In this document: piece after piece, positions 23,604 through 35,732 of the stretch
How positions within the stretch are numbered: the stretch's first letter is position 1
Layout: the number at the start of each line of letters is the position of its first letter
Assembly (NCBI RefSeq): GCF_963921235.1
Contig: NC_086097.1
Span: 187,242,001 to 187,306,000 of the forward strand
Reading direction: 5' to 3'
DNA from: Mobula hypostoma
Taxonomy: Eukaryota
DNA length: 64,000 nt
Notes under the pieces: generated by a model
Told to the model about the DNA's origin: nothing
Database searches by the model: none
The model's input: the letters and a program-made list of their open reading frames with translations, nothing else
Translations under genes and position numbers: made by a program

Positions 23604-24484
23604 TGTTACGTACCCCGTAACTGGGTTGCCAAACCAGCAGAAATGGATCACTCAGTTGGAGTCTGGAGTACTAGAACTAAGAAAGTTTTATTAAAGAAAC
23701 AAGCAACACAGTAATCGAAAGGATAATAAATGCAACAATTCAACAATGATAACCACACATGTGCACAGAATTAAGATAACAGCATCAATCAAGCGCTATC
23801 GTTGTCTAGGGGTAAATGACCAATTTCAAAATGACTCAAAGTTCAGTCCAGTTTAGTAGTTCAGTTCGCAGTAATCGTTGCCATGGCGGTGGACAATGTG
23901 GGGGAAGAGAGAGATAGAATAGGAACAACTCATCATTCAGAACGGCTTCACTCACAGACCAGCAAGATGGCTCACAGACCAGCGAGATGGCTCACAAACA
24001 GCTTTTTGGGCGGGTCCTTGGTGATGTCACCTGAGGTCACCGACTGTGACCCCTCCTCCAGATGCGGTCGATCCTCTGCAGTGAACCCGGCACCCAGGCA
24101 AGGGCGGACACACACCGGGTTCCCGCTGATCGTACCTTTCCACCCTTGTCGTTGTCTGGGACTTCTCACCCACTCGTGAGAAGCGCACCGCTTCCAGGGT
24201 CTCGTTACCTCGGGTGGCGTGTGTGTCTGTCTTAGCGAACCTGTCCCTTTTTATCCCCCTGCTGGGGTATCGCCTGTCCATCACTTCAAACAGTTCAGGG
24301 TTCAAAGGGGGGAGCCGCTCCAGACAGCTCTTCCTCCCACATCCCTTCATTACACATCTCCAGACGCTGCTCCATTGTTCCTTATCTCTCCTTCCCCTGA
24401 GGGCAGGTGGCAGACCAACTGCTGATGCCACTGATGCTAGCCCAGGCCAGCAAACATCTTAATTTTATGTGTATTCTCGTAACA
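23604..24484 (-). repeat. 5' LTR (881 bp)
   Basis: Matches the 3' LTR except for one extra 20-bp tandem unit (about 23951-23990) and one substitution seen near 23795. Confidence 0.97.
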
Positions 24485-25173
24485 CTAGGCTAATATCAGT
24501 TGCCTTCAACTCCCTGAGTAATGACATCTGGTGTGTTTATACTGTGAGAAAAACTTAATGTTTCCCTAGAAGACATGTTGGCAATAGTTTGTGTGAAGTT
24601 CAATTCTCTGATCTGCCCGATCAAAACCACTTGCTGTGACGTACTTAAATGCAATATTGCAATAATAAATATGTTACGAAGATTTAGTCTCATACAAAAT
24701 TATTGACTTCAGCCTAATTAAAACCTAGTTTGCTCATCCATGTGTAAAGTCAAAAGATGCACCGCTTTCCGTCACATGAGGGAATGTCACGTCATGAGTC
24801 AAAAACTTCAAGGTGAAATTCAGCCGAATTACTTGTCTCATTTCTACACATAATTCAAAGTAATTTTCACATATTACAGCAGTTTTAGATTTTATCAGTT
24901 TTTATAATACTTTTATTAAAATGGGAATAAAACACCTAAAGATGTTTTTCCAAAGACTATCATTTCAAATTGTGAACAGTTCACATATTGTCCTTGTGAA
25001 AATGAATGCAGATAGTCACCACATTTTGTGTAAGTTGGAAAATGTATTTATTACAGTTAGCTTTTAGTTACTATAGTAACCTCCTCAGAGAAAAGACAGA
25101 ACACTGAAATCTGGAGACAGAAAGAATGTGGAAACTTGAGAAGGAAGAATTGTAAGTCTATTCTGAGGGCTTT

Positions 25174-28100
25174 CATAGAAATATAGAAAACCTACAGCAC
25201 AATACAGGCCCTTTGGCCCACAAAGTTGTGCTGAACATGTTCCTACCTTAGAAATTACTGGGTTACACATAGCCCTCTATTTTACTAAGCTCCATGTACC
25301 GATCCAAAAGTCTCTTAAAAGACCCTATCATATCCACGTCCACCACTGTCGCCGGCAGCCCATTCCATGCACTCACCACTCTCTGCATAAAAAACTTACC
25401 CCTAACATCTCCTCTGTACCTACTTCCACGCATTTTAAAACTGTGCCCTCTCGTGTAAGCCATTTCAGCCCTGGGAAAAAGCCTCTGACTATCCACATGA
25501 TCAATGCCTCTCATCATCTTATACACCTCTATCAGGTCACCTCTCATCCTCCGTCACTCCAAGAAGAAAAGGCCGAGTTCACTCAACCTGTTCTCATAAG
25601 ACGCTCCCCAATCCAGGCAACATCCTTGTAAATCTCCTCTGCACGCTTTCTATGGTTTCCACATCCTTTCTGGAGTGAGGTGCCAGAACTGAGCACAGTA
25701 CTCCAAGTGGGGTCTGACCAGGGTCCTATATAGTTGCAACATTATCTCTTGGCTCCTAAACTCAATGTTATGGTTGATGAAGGACAATACGTCGTATGCC
25801 TCCTTAATCACAGAGTCAACCTGCATAGCTGCTTTGAGCGTCCTATGGGCTCGGCCCCCAAGATCCCTCTGATCCTCCACACGCCAAGAGTCTTACCATT
25901 AATACTATATTCTGCCATCATATTTGACCTACCAAAATGAACCACCTCACACTTACCTGGGTTGAACTCCATCTGCAACTTCTCAGCCCAGTTTTGCATC
26001 CTATCAATGTCCCGCTGTAACCTCTGACAGGCCTCCACACTATCCACAACACCCCCAACCTTTGTGTCATCAGCAAATTTACTAACCCATCCCTCCACTT
26101 CCTCAACCAGGTCATTTATAAAAATCATGAAGAATATGGGTCCCAGAACAAATCCCTGAGGCACACCACTGGTCACTGTACTCCATGCAGAATATGACCC
26201 ATCTACAACCACTCTATGCCTTTTGTGGGCAAGCCAATTCTGGATCCACAAAGCAAGGTCCCCTTGGATCCCATGCCTCCTTACTTTCTCAATAAGCTTT
26301 GCGTGGGAAACCTTATGAAATGCCTTGCTGAAATCCATATACACTACATCTACTGCTCTACTTTCATTGATGTGTTTAGTCACATGCTCAAAAAATTCAA
26401 TCAGGCTCGTAAGGCACAACCTGCCTTTGACAAAGCCACGCTGACTATGAGGGGTGATTGATAACTTCGCGGCCTAAGATATAAGGAGTCAATTTTAGAA
26501 AACCTAGCACATTTATTTTTCAACATAGCCCCCTCCTACATGTCCACTCTTAGTCCAGCGGTCGTGGAGCATACGGATCCCTTCATTGCAGAAGTGGTCC
26601 ACAGCAGGGGTGATTGATAAATTTGTGGCCTAAGGTAGAAGGAGGTGAGTTATTAACTTCAAACTTTCTGCACTATCACTCAAGAGTTGAACTGCACGTG
26701 CATGTAACGAGAGTCTTGGACCCCCATGTGGCCCACAGCAGGGGTGATTGGTAAGTTCATGGCCTTAAGTAGAAGGAGATGAGTTATACAGCTCTTGTTA
26801 CATGCACGTGCAGTTCAACTCTTAGAGTGAAAATGCAGGAAGTTTGAAGTTAATAACTCATCTCCTTCCACCTTAGGCCACAAACTTATCAATCACCCCT
26901 CGTATTCCTAATCATATTATGCCTCTCCAAATGTTCAAAAGTATTGCCTCTCAGGATCTCTTCCATCAACTTACCAACCATTGAAGTAAGACTCGCTGGT
27001 CTATAAGTTCCTGGGCTATCTCTACTCCCTTTCTTGAATAAGGGAACAACATCCACAACCCTTCAATCTCTGGAACCTCTCACGTCCCCATTGATGATGC
27101 CCAAGATCATCGCCAGAGGCTCAGCAATCTTCTCCCTTGCGTCCCACCGTAGTCTGGGGTACATTTCATCCGGTCCCAGAGACTTATCCAACTTGATGCT
27201 TTCCAAAAGCTCCAGTACATCCTCTTTCTGAATATCTATATGCTCAAGCTTTTCCGTTCTCTGTATGTCATCCCTACAATCACCAAGATCCTTTTCTGTA
27301 GTGAATACTGAAGCAAATTATTCATTAAGTACCTCTGCTATCTCCTCTGGTTCCATACACACTTTTCCACTGTCACACTTGATTGGTCCTATTCTCTCAT
27401 GTCTTATCCTCTTGCTCTTCACATACTTGTAGAAAGCCTTGGGGTCTTCCGCAATCCTGCCCACCAAGGCCTTTTCATGGCTCCTTCAGGCTCTCCTAAT
27501 TTCATTCTTAAGCTCCTTCCTGCTGTCCTTATAATCTTCTAGATCTCTACTGTTTCCTAGCTTTTTGAACCTCTCGTAAGCTTTTCTTTTCTTCTTGACT
27601 AGATTTACAACTGCCTTTCTATATCACGGTTCCTATACCCTACCATCCTTTTCCTGTCTCATTTGAACGTACTTATGCAGAACACCACACAAATATCCCC
27701 TGAACATTTCTACCGTACATTTCCCTGAGGACATCTGTTCCCAATTTATTCTTCCAAATTCTTGCCTGATAGCTTTATATTCCCCTTACTCCAATGAAAC
27801 ACTTTCCTAACTTGTCTGTTCCTATCCCTATCCAATGCTATGGTAAAGGAGATAGAATTATGATCACTATTTCCAAAATGCTCTTCCACTGAGAGACCTG
27901 ACACCTGACGAGGTTCATTTCCAATACCAGATCAAGTACAGCCTCTCCTCTTGTAGGCTTATCTACATATTGTGTCAAGAAACCTTCCTGAACACATCTA
28001 ACAAACTCCACCCCATCTAAACACCTTGCTTTAGAGAGATGTCAATCAATATTTGGAAAATTAATATCTCCCACCACGACAACCCTGTTATTATTATACC

Positions 28101-28792
28101 TTTCCAGAATCTGTCTCCCTATCTGTTCCTCAATATCCCTGTTACTATTGGGTGGTCTATGAAAAAACACCCAGTAGCATTATTGACACCCTCCTGTTCC
28201 TAACTTCCACCCACAGAAACTCAGTAGACAATCCCTCCATGACTTCCTCCTTTTCTGTAGCCATGACACTATCTCTGGTCAGCAGTGCCATGCCCCCACC
28301 TCTTTTACCTCCCTCCCTGTCCTTTCTGAAACATCTAAAGTCCAGCACTCGAAGTAATCATTCCTGCCTCTGAGCCATCCAAGTCTCTGTAATGGCCACA
28401 ACATCATAGCTCCAAGAACTGATCCATGCTCTAAGCTTATCCGTTTTGTTCATGATTCTCCTTGCATTAAACTAGACACATCTCAAACCATCGGACTGAG
28501 CGCGTCCCTTCTCTATCACCTGCCTATTCTCCCTCTCACATTGTCTACAAGCTTTCTCTATTCGTGCGCCAACAGTCCCTTCCACCGTCTCTTCAGTTCG
28601 GTTCCCACTCCCCAGCAGTTCTAGGTTAAACTCTCCCTGATAGCCTTTGCAAACCTCCCTGCCAGGATATTGGTCCCCCTGGGATTCAAGTGCAACCTGT
28701 CCTTTTTGTACAGGTCACGCCTGCCCCAAAGATCCAGAAATCTGAATCCCTGCTCCTGCTCCAATCCCTCAGCCACACATTTATCCTCCATT
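25174..28792 (-). mobile_element. CR1 LINE, ORF1 3' end through ORF2 and tail, frameshifted
   Basis: ORFs 25808..26419 (VYMDFSKAF..GVPQG..KFADDTK), 28157..28348 (endonuclease FRKDREGGKRGGG) and 25263..25547; CATAGAAA tail. Confidence 0.95.
26448..26902. mobile_element. Mariner-type MITE inserted in CR1
   Basis: TIR (C/T)GAGGGGTGATTGATAA...TTATCAATCACCCCTCG; TA TSD at 26446-26447 and 26903-26904; removal restores CR1-like CTGACTATTCCTAATC. Confidence 0.92.
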
Positions 28793-29554
28793 TGTCATTT
28801 CAGTAATATGGAAATCAGTTCCTTTAAATCTGAAGCAATAAGAGGAGTAATCTGATTTTGAGAAATCTTTTAAATAACCTAAGTAATGCTGTTCAATTTT
28901 ATTTTGAGCATGGGCTACTTACAGTGGTATTTTGGTACAGTATTAGAATGAAGATTGAGTCTTCTAGTTTACAAGTCAGATGAGGTTTTGCAAATTTTAC
29001 CTTGTTTATGTAATATGACTTGTAAGGTACAATAATGTCATGTGAGTTGTGTCACATGATGAATTGATCTGACAAATCATAAGGAAAAATGATAGGGAAA
29101 TTAAGTCTGCATTCTGCTTTTACCTTGTAATATTTTCATTCATGCAAATTGTAGAAGGAAATCATTCCTATATTGCTGAAGCAGTTAATGAGAAGCATTG
29201 TCATGGTGAGGTTGGATACGACACTCAGCAGGGTGACTGTCTATTAAAATAAATGTTTCGTCTTTTTTCAAATAAACACATGCAGTCTGGGGAGTGTTGT
29301 GTGCACTGTCAACTGACTGTCAAGTCCAATCTTTCCATGCAATGCTACTGCTTCACCCTTTATCTAGAACTGTTTCCATAGTAATTTTCTATTGGCTGAT
29401 GGCATTCATGGGGAATAATATGAATACGTGCAACATCATTTGGGCATTCAAAAGTATTTTTCAGCCACTAAGGCAATTTTGACTCATGGTCACTTTTCTA
29501 ATGTAAGAAACTTGGCCAATTCTCATAATTATATGATTAGAACCCGATAATCAA

Positions 29555-29700
29555 TATGTTTTGTGATGTTGATTAAGGGTTTAAATTTGGCTATGACTCT
29601 GCTGATACAGTATATCCCTGGTTGTCTTGTAAAATATTGCACATATCTGATTTGAGAACCTAGGCCTTGTACCAGTCCTTTACTCAGAAAATTGAAGATC
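29555..29700 (-). mobile_element. Possible ancient DeuSINE-domain remnant
   Basis: TTGTGATGTTGATTAAGGGTTTAAATTTGGCTATGAC...CCCTGGTTGTCTTGTAAAATATTGC resembles the reverse complement of the Deu domain as recalled. Confidence 0.4.
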
Positions 29701-30689
29701 GTGGTCTTAGATTTCCTGACAACGTGTTTCTTTTGTAATCTCCCTTCAACCACAGCTGAGATTCCCAGTCTGCTGCTGCTCATCTCTCTCCTCATCCTCA
29801 CGTTCCTTCTGACATAATAAACAGTCAGAATGCCTTTCCTATCGAACAATGTGCAGTTTGTGCCTAAGCCTATTCACGATGTTGAAGCAAGACAGAGCAG
29901 AGATTCAAGACATTTCTGGGAATAACACACTATTTGGAGTTGTCTTGGTGCTTTTGGTGAGCTGCCATTAAAATGGAAGTGGAATCAGATCATTAGGTCG
30001 ACCATCCCAAATGTTACTGTTCAACCACCCCTTTTCTTGTCTTGGGCTTTGTGAATTCGGATTTTTGTGGTGCAAAATAATCTTAAATGTTGTACTCTAT
30101 ATTTTATAATAGCTCAATTTGAAATACACTTCTAAATTGAGTTTTGTCTGCTCATCATCTAAATAATTGTATTCTCTTCATATTCAAGATACTTGCTTTA
30201 AGGAACCAACTTCAACAGAAGAGCTTCCAGTCCATCCAGCTGTCAGCATTTATTATCCATTCGAATTAAAACTCATTTATGTATCATATCTATGTACATC
30301 GAAAAACAGCCAACACAACTTAAGGATGTACTGGGGACAGCCCATAAGTGCCACTAACTTAGCATGCCTACAATGCTCGGTAGAATAACACAAGACATAA
30401 AACTGAATACAACAAGCAACAAAACGAGCCACTTTTTTTTACCTCCCACCCACCCATACATGCACATGGACTGTCCTTTGGGCCTCCAATCTCCAGTCTC
30501 CAGGCTTCAGCCTCTGGTTTTCATCCTCCGGACCTGATTGACCTTTGGTATCGACCCCAGACTAGCCAATGATGGGGCTCTGAACTCTGGGCTTGCAACT
30601 CATGGACACTTGTGAATTCTGCATTCACAGACATTAGATCCTGGGACCTACCAACATGAGTAAGCCCAACATACAGGATGTCCTTCATC

Positions 30690-31165
30690 AGACCTCCACA
30701 TTGTTGGCCCTCTCTCTGCTCTCCCTACCTCTTGAGAATCTTCTGCAGCTATTCCGAGATATTCTGGACCGTAGAACCTGGGAGGCAACACACCATCCTG
30801 ACTCCACTTTCCTGACCACAGAATCTGCCATCCATCCCCAACTATTGAATCTCCTATCACAATCGCTCTGCCTAACATTACCCTTCCATGCTGAGCCTCA
30901 GCCAAGGCACCATTGGTCTGGCTGCTGCTGTTGTGTCCTGATAGGTCATCTCCCCAACTCCAGTAGTATCCAGAAGGGTACCGAGGGGAATGGCCACAGG
31001 AGAGCCCTGCGCTATCTGCTTATTCCCCATACTTCTCCTGGTGGTCACCCATGTACTACTTGGTGCCTGCACTCTGGGTGTAACCACCTAAGTAAAAATC
31101 TTGTCTATGAGGTTTTCAGCCTCCTGGACGGTCCAGCTCCAGCTCCAGTTCCTTGACCTTGTCAG
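30690..31165 (-). mobile_element. CR1 ORF1 (esterase) fragment
   Basis: RAIVIGDSIV and WVTTRR...QGSPVAIPL motifs, homologous to 39842-40700. Confidence 0.85.
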
Positions 31166-32729
31166 TTTAGTTCTCAAGAGCATAAAATAAATAATATTTT
31201 GAGTTCCTGTCAATGTAGAGTTATAGAGATAATTGGCAAAATTTTCCTGACACTGAAAGAACGTTCATTCCCATGGGGTATTTAATAGTCCATCAAATAA
31301 CTCTGGCAAGACAGGTTGTGGGTGTTGAGATTTTCTCTAATCCAGCAGCATTTTTATGCTATATTGCAAGGCACACATTTGTATTTGAACTTATTACTAA
31401 GCAATAAAAATGTGGGATGTGATAAATGCAGGTGAACTTTTTCCTCCTGTCTTGACGTCATTTAAGCCCACACACTTGAGAATTATTAAAGTTATTTCTG
31501 TGGAAGCAATATCCTGAATTTTTGGTTTGCAGTACTGTCTAAAGAGATCAGCTTCCTGGAGATGTCAGAAGAACAGGGCCATTTTACTGTTGAGGAGCAA
31601 GTAAACTACATATGAAGTCCCTCATCCTTGACATTCAAAGCAAATGCGCACAATCATAGGGGAAAGAAGCGTTCAAACTAACATTTAAACATCGAACTAA
31701 TATGTGGGAGTACAGCAGCTTTGAATGAAAGATTAGTAACACGACTGAAGGATGAGATCTAGGGTTATGTTTTTCATTTCATCTGCTGGCAGCTAGTAGT
31801 CTGGTGTGAAATACTTGTATTGTTTTCATGATTTTTTTTATATTTACCTGATCTTTATAAACTTTAGGATGAATGGTAGTTTAGTGAAGTAATGTAAAAT
31901 AGTCATTTCACCTAAAATGATGTAATCTTAAATGTATTAAAATGTATTTGATGTATTAAAAGCCAGAAAATTAAATGTTTGTAAGCACATTAATAATATA
32001 ACCAGGTCTTGTACCTTTCTGATTGCACATCAGAACTGTCACACAGGGTTAAAAGTGGATGGGGATGGGGTTTGTGGTGTTGTGGGATAATATCAAATCA
32101 GATTTTATTAATTAAGCTTTTAGATAACTTTATTACATATTAGATACTACGACTTGGATCTGTAGTTTTTTTTGTATTTTTGCTCTGCAATTTTATGCAT
32201 TATCAAGTTCAGCAGCAGAATGTCAAACTTCAGCTGGGAAATTGTATGGAATTGCAGTACCTGTCCTATTTATTTACTACACTTGTACACATGTCAAACA
32301 CTGGTTTTTTTTCCCCAACCTTAAAAGTAAGCAATAGCAGAGGACTGATTTACAGAGAAAATTTCCCTGATATGGTTTAGATAAGCTTACTACAGGAATT
32401 TAATTATGCATTTTCCTTTATATTTCACTAATTCAATTCCTTTCTATGCTTTTTCTTCTATTTCAAGAATGATGAGACTGGATAGATTAATTGCATTCTC
32501 TTCCAGAATTGTTGATATTGCAGTGGTTCAGCTCCCACCATACATGCTTTCCTTGAGTGGAAGTAGATTATCAGATATTTACCAGAATTCGGATTGTTTT
32601 ACTTGGAAATTTGTATTCAAAATAAAACAAAGGTAATACGTACTGTCAGCTGGATTTGCATACAAGGCCTGTCTGGATCTTGATCTTAATCTATTGATCA
32701 CATTGTTGACATTCATTATTATACAGCTA

Positions 32730-33049
32730 TGTGGGCACATGGCAAAGTGGTTAAGGCATTCGACTAATGACCTGAAGGTCGTGAGTTCGAGCCCCAGTCG
32801 AGGCAGCATGTTGTGTCCTTGAGCAAGGCACTTAACCAAACAGTGCTCTGCGACGACACTGGTGCCAAGCTGTATCGCCCCTTGCCCTTCCCTTGGACAG
32901 CATTGGTGTCGTGGAGAGGGGAAACTTGCAGCATGGGCAACTGCCAGTCTTCCATACAAACTTGCCCAGGCCTGCACCCTGGAGAGTGAAGACTTTCCAG
33001 GCATAGATCCATGGTTTTGCAAGACTAACAGATGCCTTAATAATAATTA
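32730..33049 (+). mobile_element. Full-length tRNA-derived SINE
   Basis: A box TGGCAAAGTGG (32740-32750), B box GTTCGAGCC (32785-32793), (TAA)n tail, 12-bp TSD ATTATACAGCTA at 32718-32729 and 33050-33061. Confidence 0.92.
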
Positions 33050-33074
33050 ATTATACAGCTAAAAGAATTTTCTC

Positions 33075-33907
33075 TATAAGAAATCTCAAGAGCACCAAAT
33101 AATAATGATACTTTACATTCTGTTGTCATGTGTGAAGCCAAGCAGAGCTGCAGAACGGATGATGCTAATGAGACAGATAACGCAAGACAATGGAGAAACA
33201 TTCAAAACGCTGAGAAGAGAGAGATTAATGAGAAAGAGACACAATTCAGATGTTGGCGTCTGCCACAGACCGTTTGATGTGAACCTGAACTGTTTGAAGT
33301 TTGATGGACAGGTGATACCCTATCAGGGGGATAAAAATAGCAGGTTTGCTAAGGCACGACACACACGCCACGAGACCCTGGAAAGAGCAGTGTACCCCAC
33401 AAGTTGGTGGGAGTTTGGAGGACCGGTTCGCAGGAATCAGTCAGAGGCTCACAGGGTGTAAAGGTACGATCGGTGGGAACCTGGTGTGTGTCCGCCCTTG
33501 CCTGGGTGCCGGGTTCACCACGGTGACCACAGCTGGATCAGAAGGCATCGAAAGGTTTGCCTGAAACCAACTGCATGTCTATCTCTCTCTCTCTCTCTCC
33601 CTCTCTCCAACAGTACAACAACAGCGATTACTCTACTTCGAACTGCACTAGACTGAACTGAACTCTGCTTCACCTTAAGACTGATAATTTTACCCCTAGA
33701 CTGCGATAGAGCTTGGTTGATTCCTATTACCCTACTTCTGTGTATATGTGTATACTATCATTGCTAACCTGTTACATTTATATCCTTGTGGTTAGTGTAC
33801 TGTATTACTTGTTTCTTTAATAAAACTTTATTAGTTCCCAGTAATCACAGACTCCAACGAGTGTTCCATTTCTGCTGGTTTGGCAACCCAGTTACGGGTG
33901 CGTAACA
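33075..33907 (+). mobile_element. Solo LTR related to the 19615-24484 family (5' boundary uncertain)
   Basis: 33280-33520 and 33810-33907 match the reverse complement of the young LTR (GGGAACC..GTGTGTCCGCCCTTGCCTGGGTGCCGGGTTCAC; CTGCTGGTTTGGCAACCCAGTTACGGG..CGTAACA); AATAAA near 33819. Confidence 0.88.
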
Positions 33908-35175
33908 CTATCCAGATAGGAGAAGAGGATAATTGCTTCTGTGTAATCAGTATTGTAAAGAACTGTGCTTCCATAACACATTACACTTATATTCTACACA
34001 TGGCCTACTTTTTAAATCCTTATCTAAAAATGGCACAAATTTTATAATGTATTCCCTGAAGTAGCAAGACAAGTTGAACTGTTTATGCACCTTAAATACT
34101 TTAGTTCCCAGTGAGCAAGATTACTGATCTCACTGGACGATGGGACAAAAATTTTACATTCATAATTTTAAAAAAATGTTAAACTGTAGTTAACAGTTGG
34201 TAACAATGTAGAACATACATTTAAACAGAAAATAATGGACGCTTAGCAGTTATTATAAATCACTAGTATCACCTAAGGGTACTTTAGATGATGTCATAAG
34301 CCACAAGAGAATATGTAGAGGCTAACAATTGTCACAGCTAATTGGAAAATGGGTGAGTGCAATACTTTTTGACAGTGTCACTTTCTTTGATGTTAGGTTG
34401 TGTAAAGAGCAAGGAAGTGCTTTTGAAAAAAAGTCCAGAATGAGTCATTTGATCTTTCTTCCTTGGACAAAAAAAAAGGTCGGTATGCACTTTCTTTTGA
34501 TTTGATCCATGCTTGCAGTTATCACAAGTACCATTGGCTTCCTATGGACCTAAGGGACTTATCTGACAAAATTCCATGTGATTCACATTTAAGAACTGTT
34601 TACATTCATATTTTCCCTTTATACTTTTAACTTGTAAACAGGTTGGTTTTAAAATTCTAAATATTCTGCTTTTTTGTTCTGTGCCGTTTGCACAGTGACA
34701 ATTCTGAGAGTGAAGTACAAATTCATCAGATCAGAATGTTTGTGGCAGAAAATTATTCGTAATCCATTGTATAAGATATCAGAACATTATTGCCACCTTC
34801 TCATCTGGTCAGGGATTTCATTTCATTTCATTCATTTATTATTACAGCATGTATACATACACAACTCTGAAATTTGTCTTTCTCCAGATAGCCATGAAAC
34901 AAAGAAAAATCATGAAAGCCATTGAGAGATAAATATTAAACTGAGACCCCCCCGTAGAAAAAAAAGAATGGCATCCCAATCATCAACCCTCCCCCCACCA
35001 CCAAAACCCCCCTCTACCCGCACACGATGGAACAGGAACATCAACCCCTCCCCCGTGCAAAAACTACACAGCACTAACAGAACATCAACCTGAAATCTTC
35101 TACGTTAGCATTTTTGTTGCATTATATACTTCAACATAAGCTTACTGACAGTGAACAGACTATTGAGAAACTCAG

Positions 35176-35491
35176 TGTCTGTATTAAATATGTAAGTATT
35201 GTTTGAGTAATCTTGTATATATATATTGGTTGATTAAGCATTCCTGTTCATTTAAATAATTCATTAGGGTTAATATATGAATATGTGAATTGCATTCATC
35301 ATCACACTACCATGTGATATATGCATGCCTCATAAAGGTAAATGTCGACTGTACCTCTTCCTAGAGATGCTGCCTGGCCTGCTGCATTCACCAGCAACTT
35401 TGATGTGTCTTGCTCAAAATTAGACCCTCATTTCAGACTCCCTTGTCTTTCTTTGAATTAGTTTAATGTTTTGAGGTTGCAAAACACAACA
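35176..35491 (+). mobile_element. Putative solo LTR containing a short Penelope pseudo-LTR fragment (about 35340-35414)
   Basis: TGT...ACA termini; flanks CTCAG and CTTGG could both derive from a CTCGG TSD by CpG decay; the internal piece matches 19540-19612. Confidence 0.5.
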
Positions 35492-35732
35492 CTTGGTGTT
35501 GTATTTGAACAGAGCTGAAATTATCAACGCTATCATTCAGACAACCAATTTCTACAGCTGTTATATTGTCTGATTCTGACAACCCATCTGCCAGGGAGAC
35601 CTTGATTCATTTTTCTGTTACTTCCAGAAATGACAACACCTGGATGGCCTCCTTCACACCACTCTGTAATTCTGAGTTATCCAAACTGCTGCTCCATGTG
35701 GTTAACTCTCACAAAGTCCTGCTCCACTTAGT

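Larger units (their letters stand above)
19615..24484 (-). mobile_element. Young Gmr1-like Ty3/Gypsy LTR retrotransposon with internally deleted pol (non-autonomous)
   Basis: Two near-identical LTRs (TGTTAC...GTAACA), 4-bp TSD CTAG at 19611-19614 and 24485-24488, PBS, PPT, SCAN-like gag, and integrase remnant upstream of RT remnant. Confidence 0.96.

Noticed and set aside
31533..31600. Possible small exon after TTTGGTTTGCAG
   Set aside because: Weak donor site and no recognisable protein similarity.
32468..32631. Possible host exon (pyrimidine tract-AG, open frame, AAG/GTAATA)
   Set aside because: Peptide unrecognisable and no partner exons found; needs RNA-seq.
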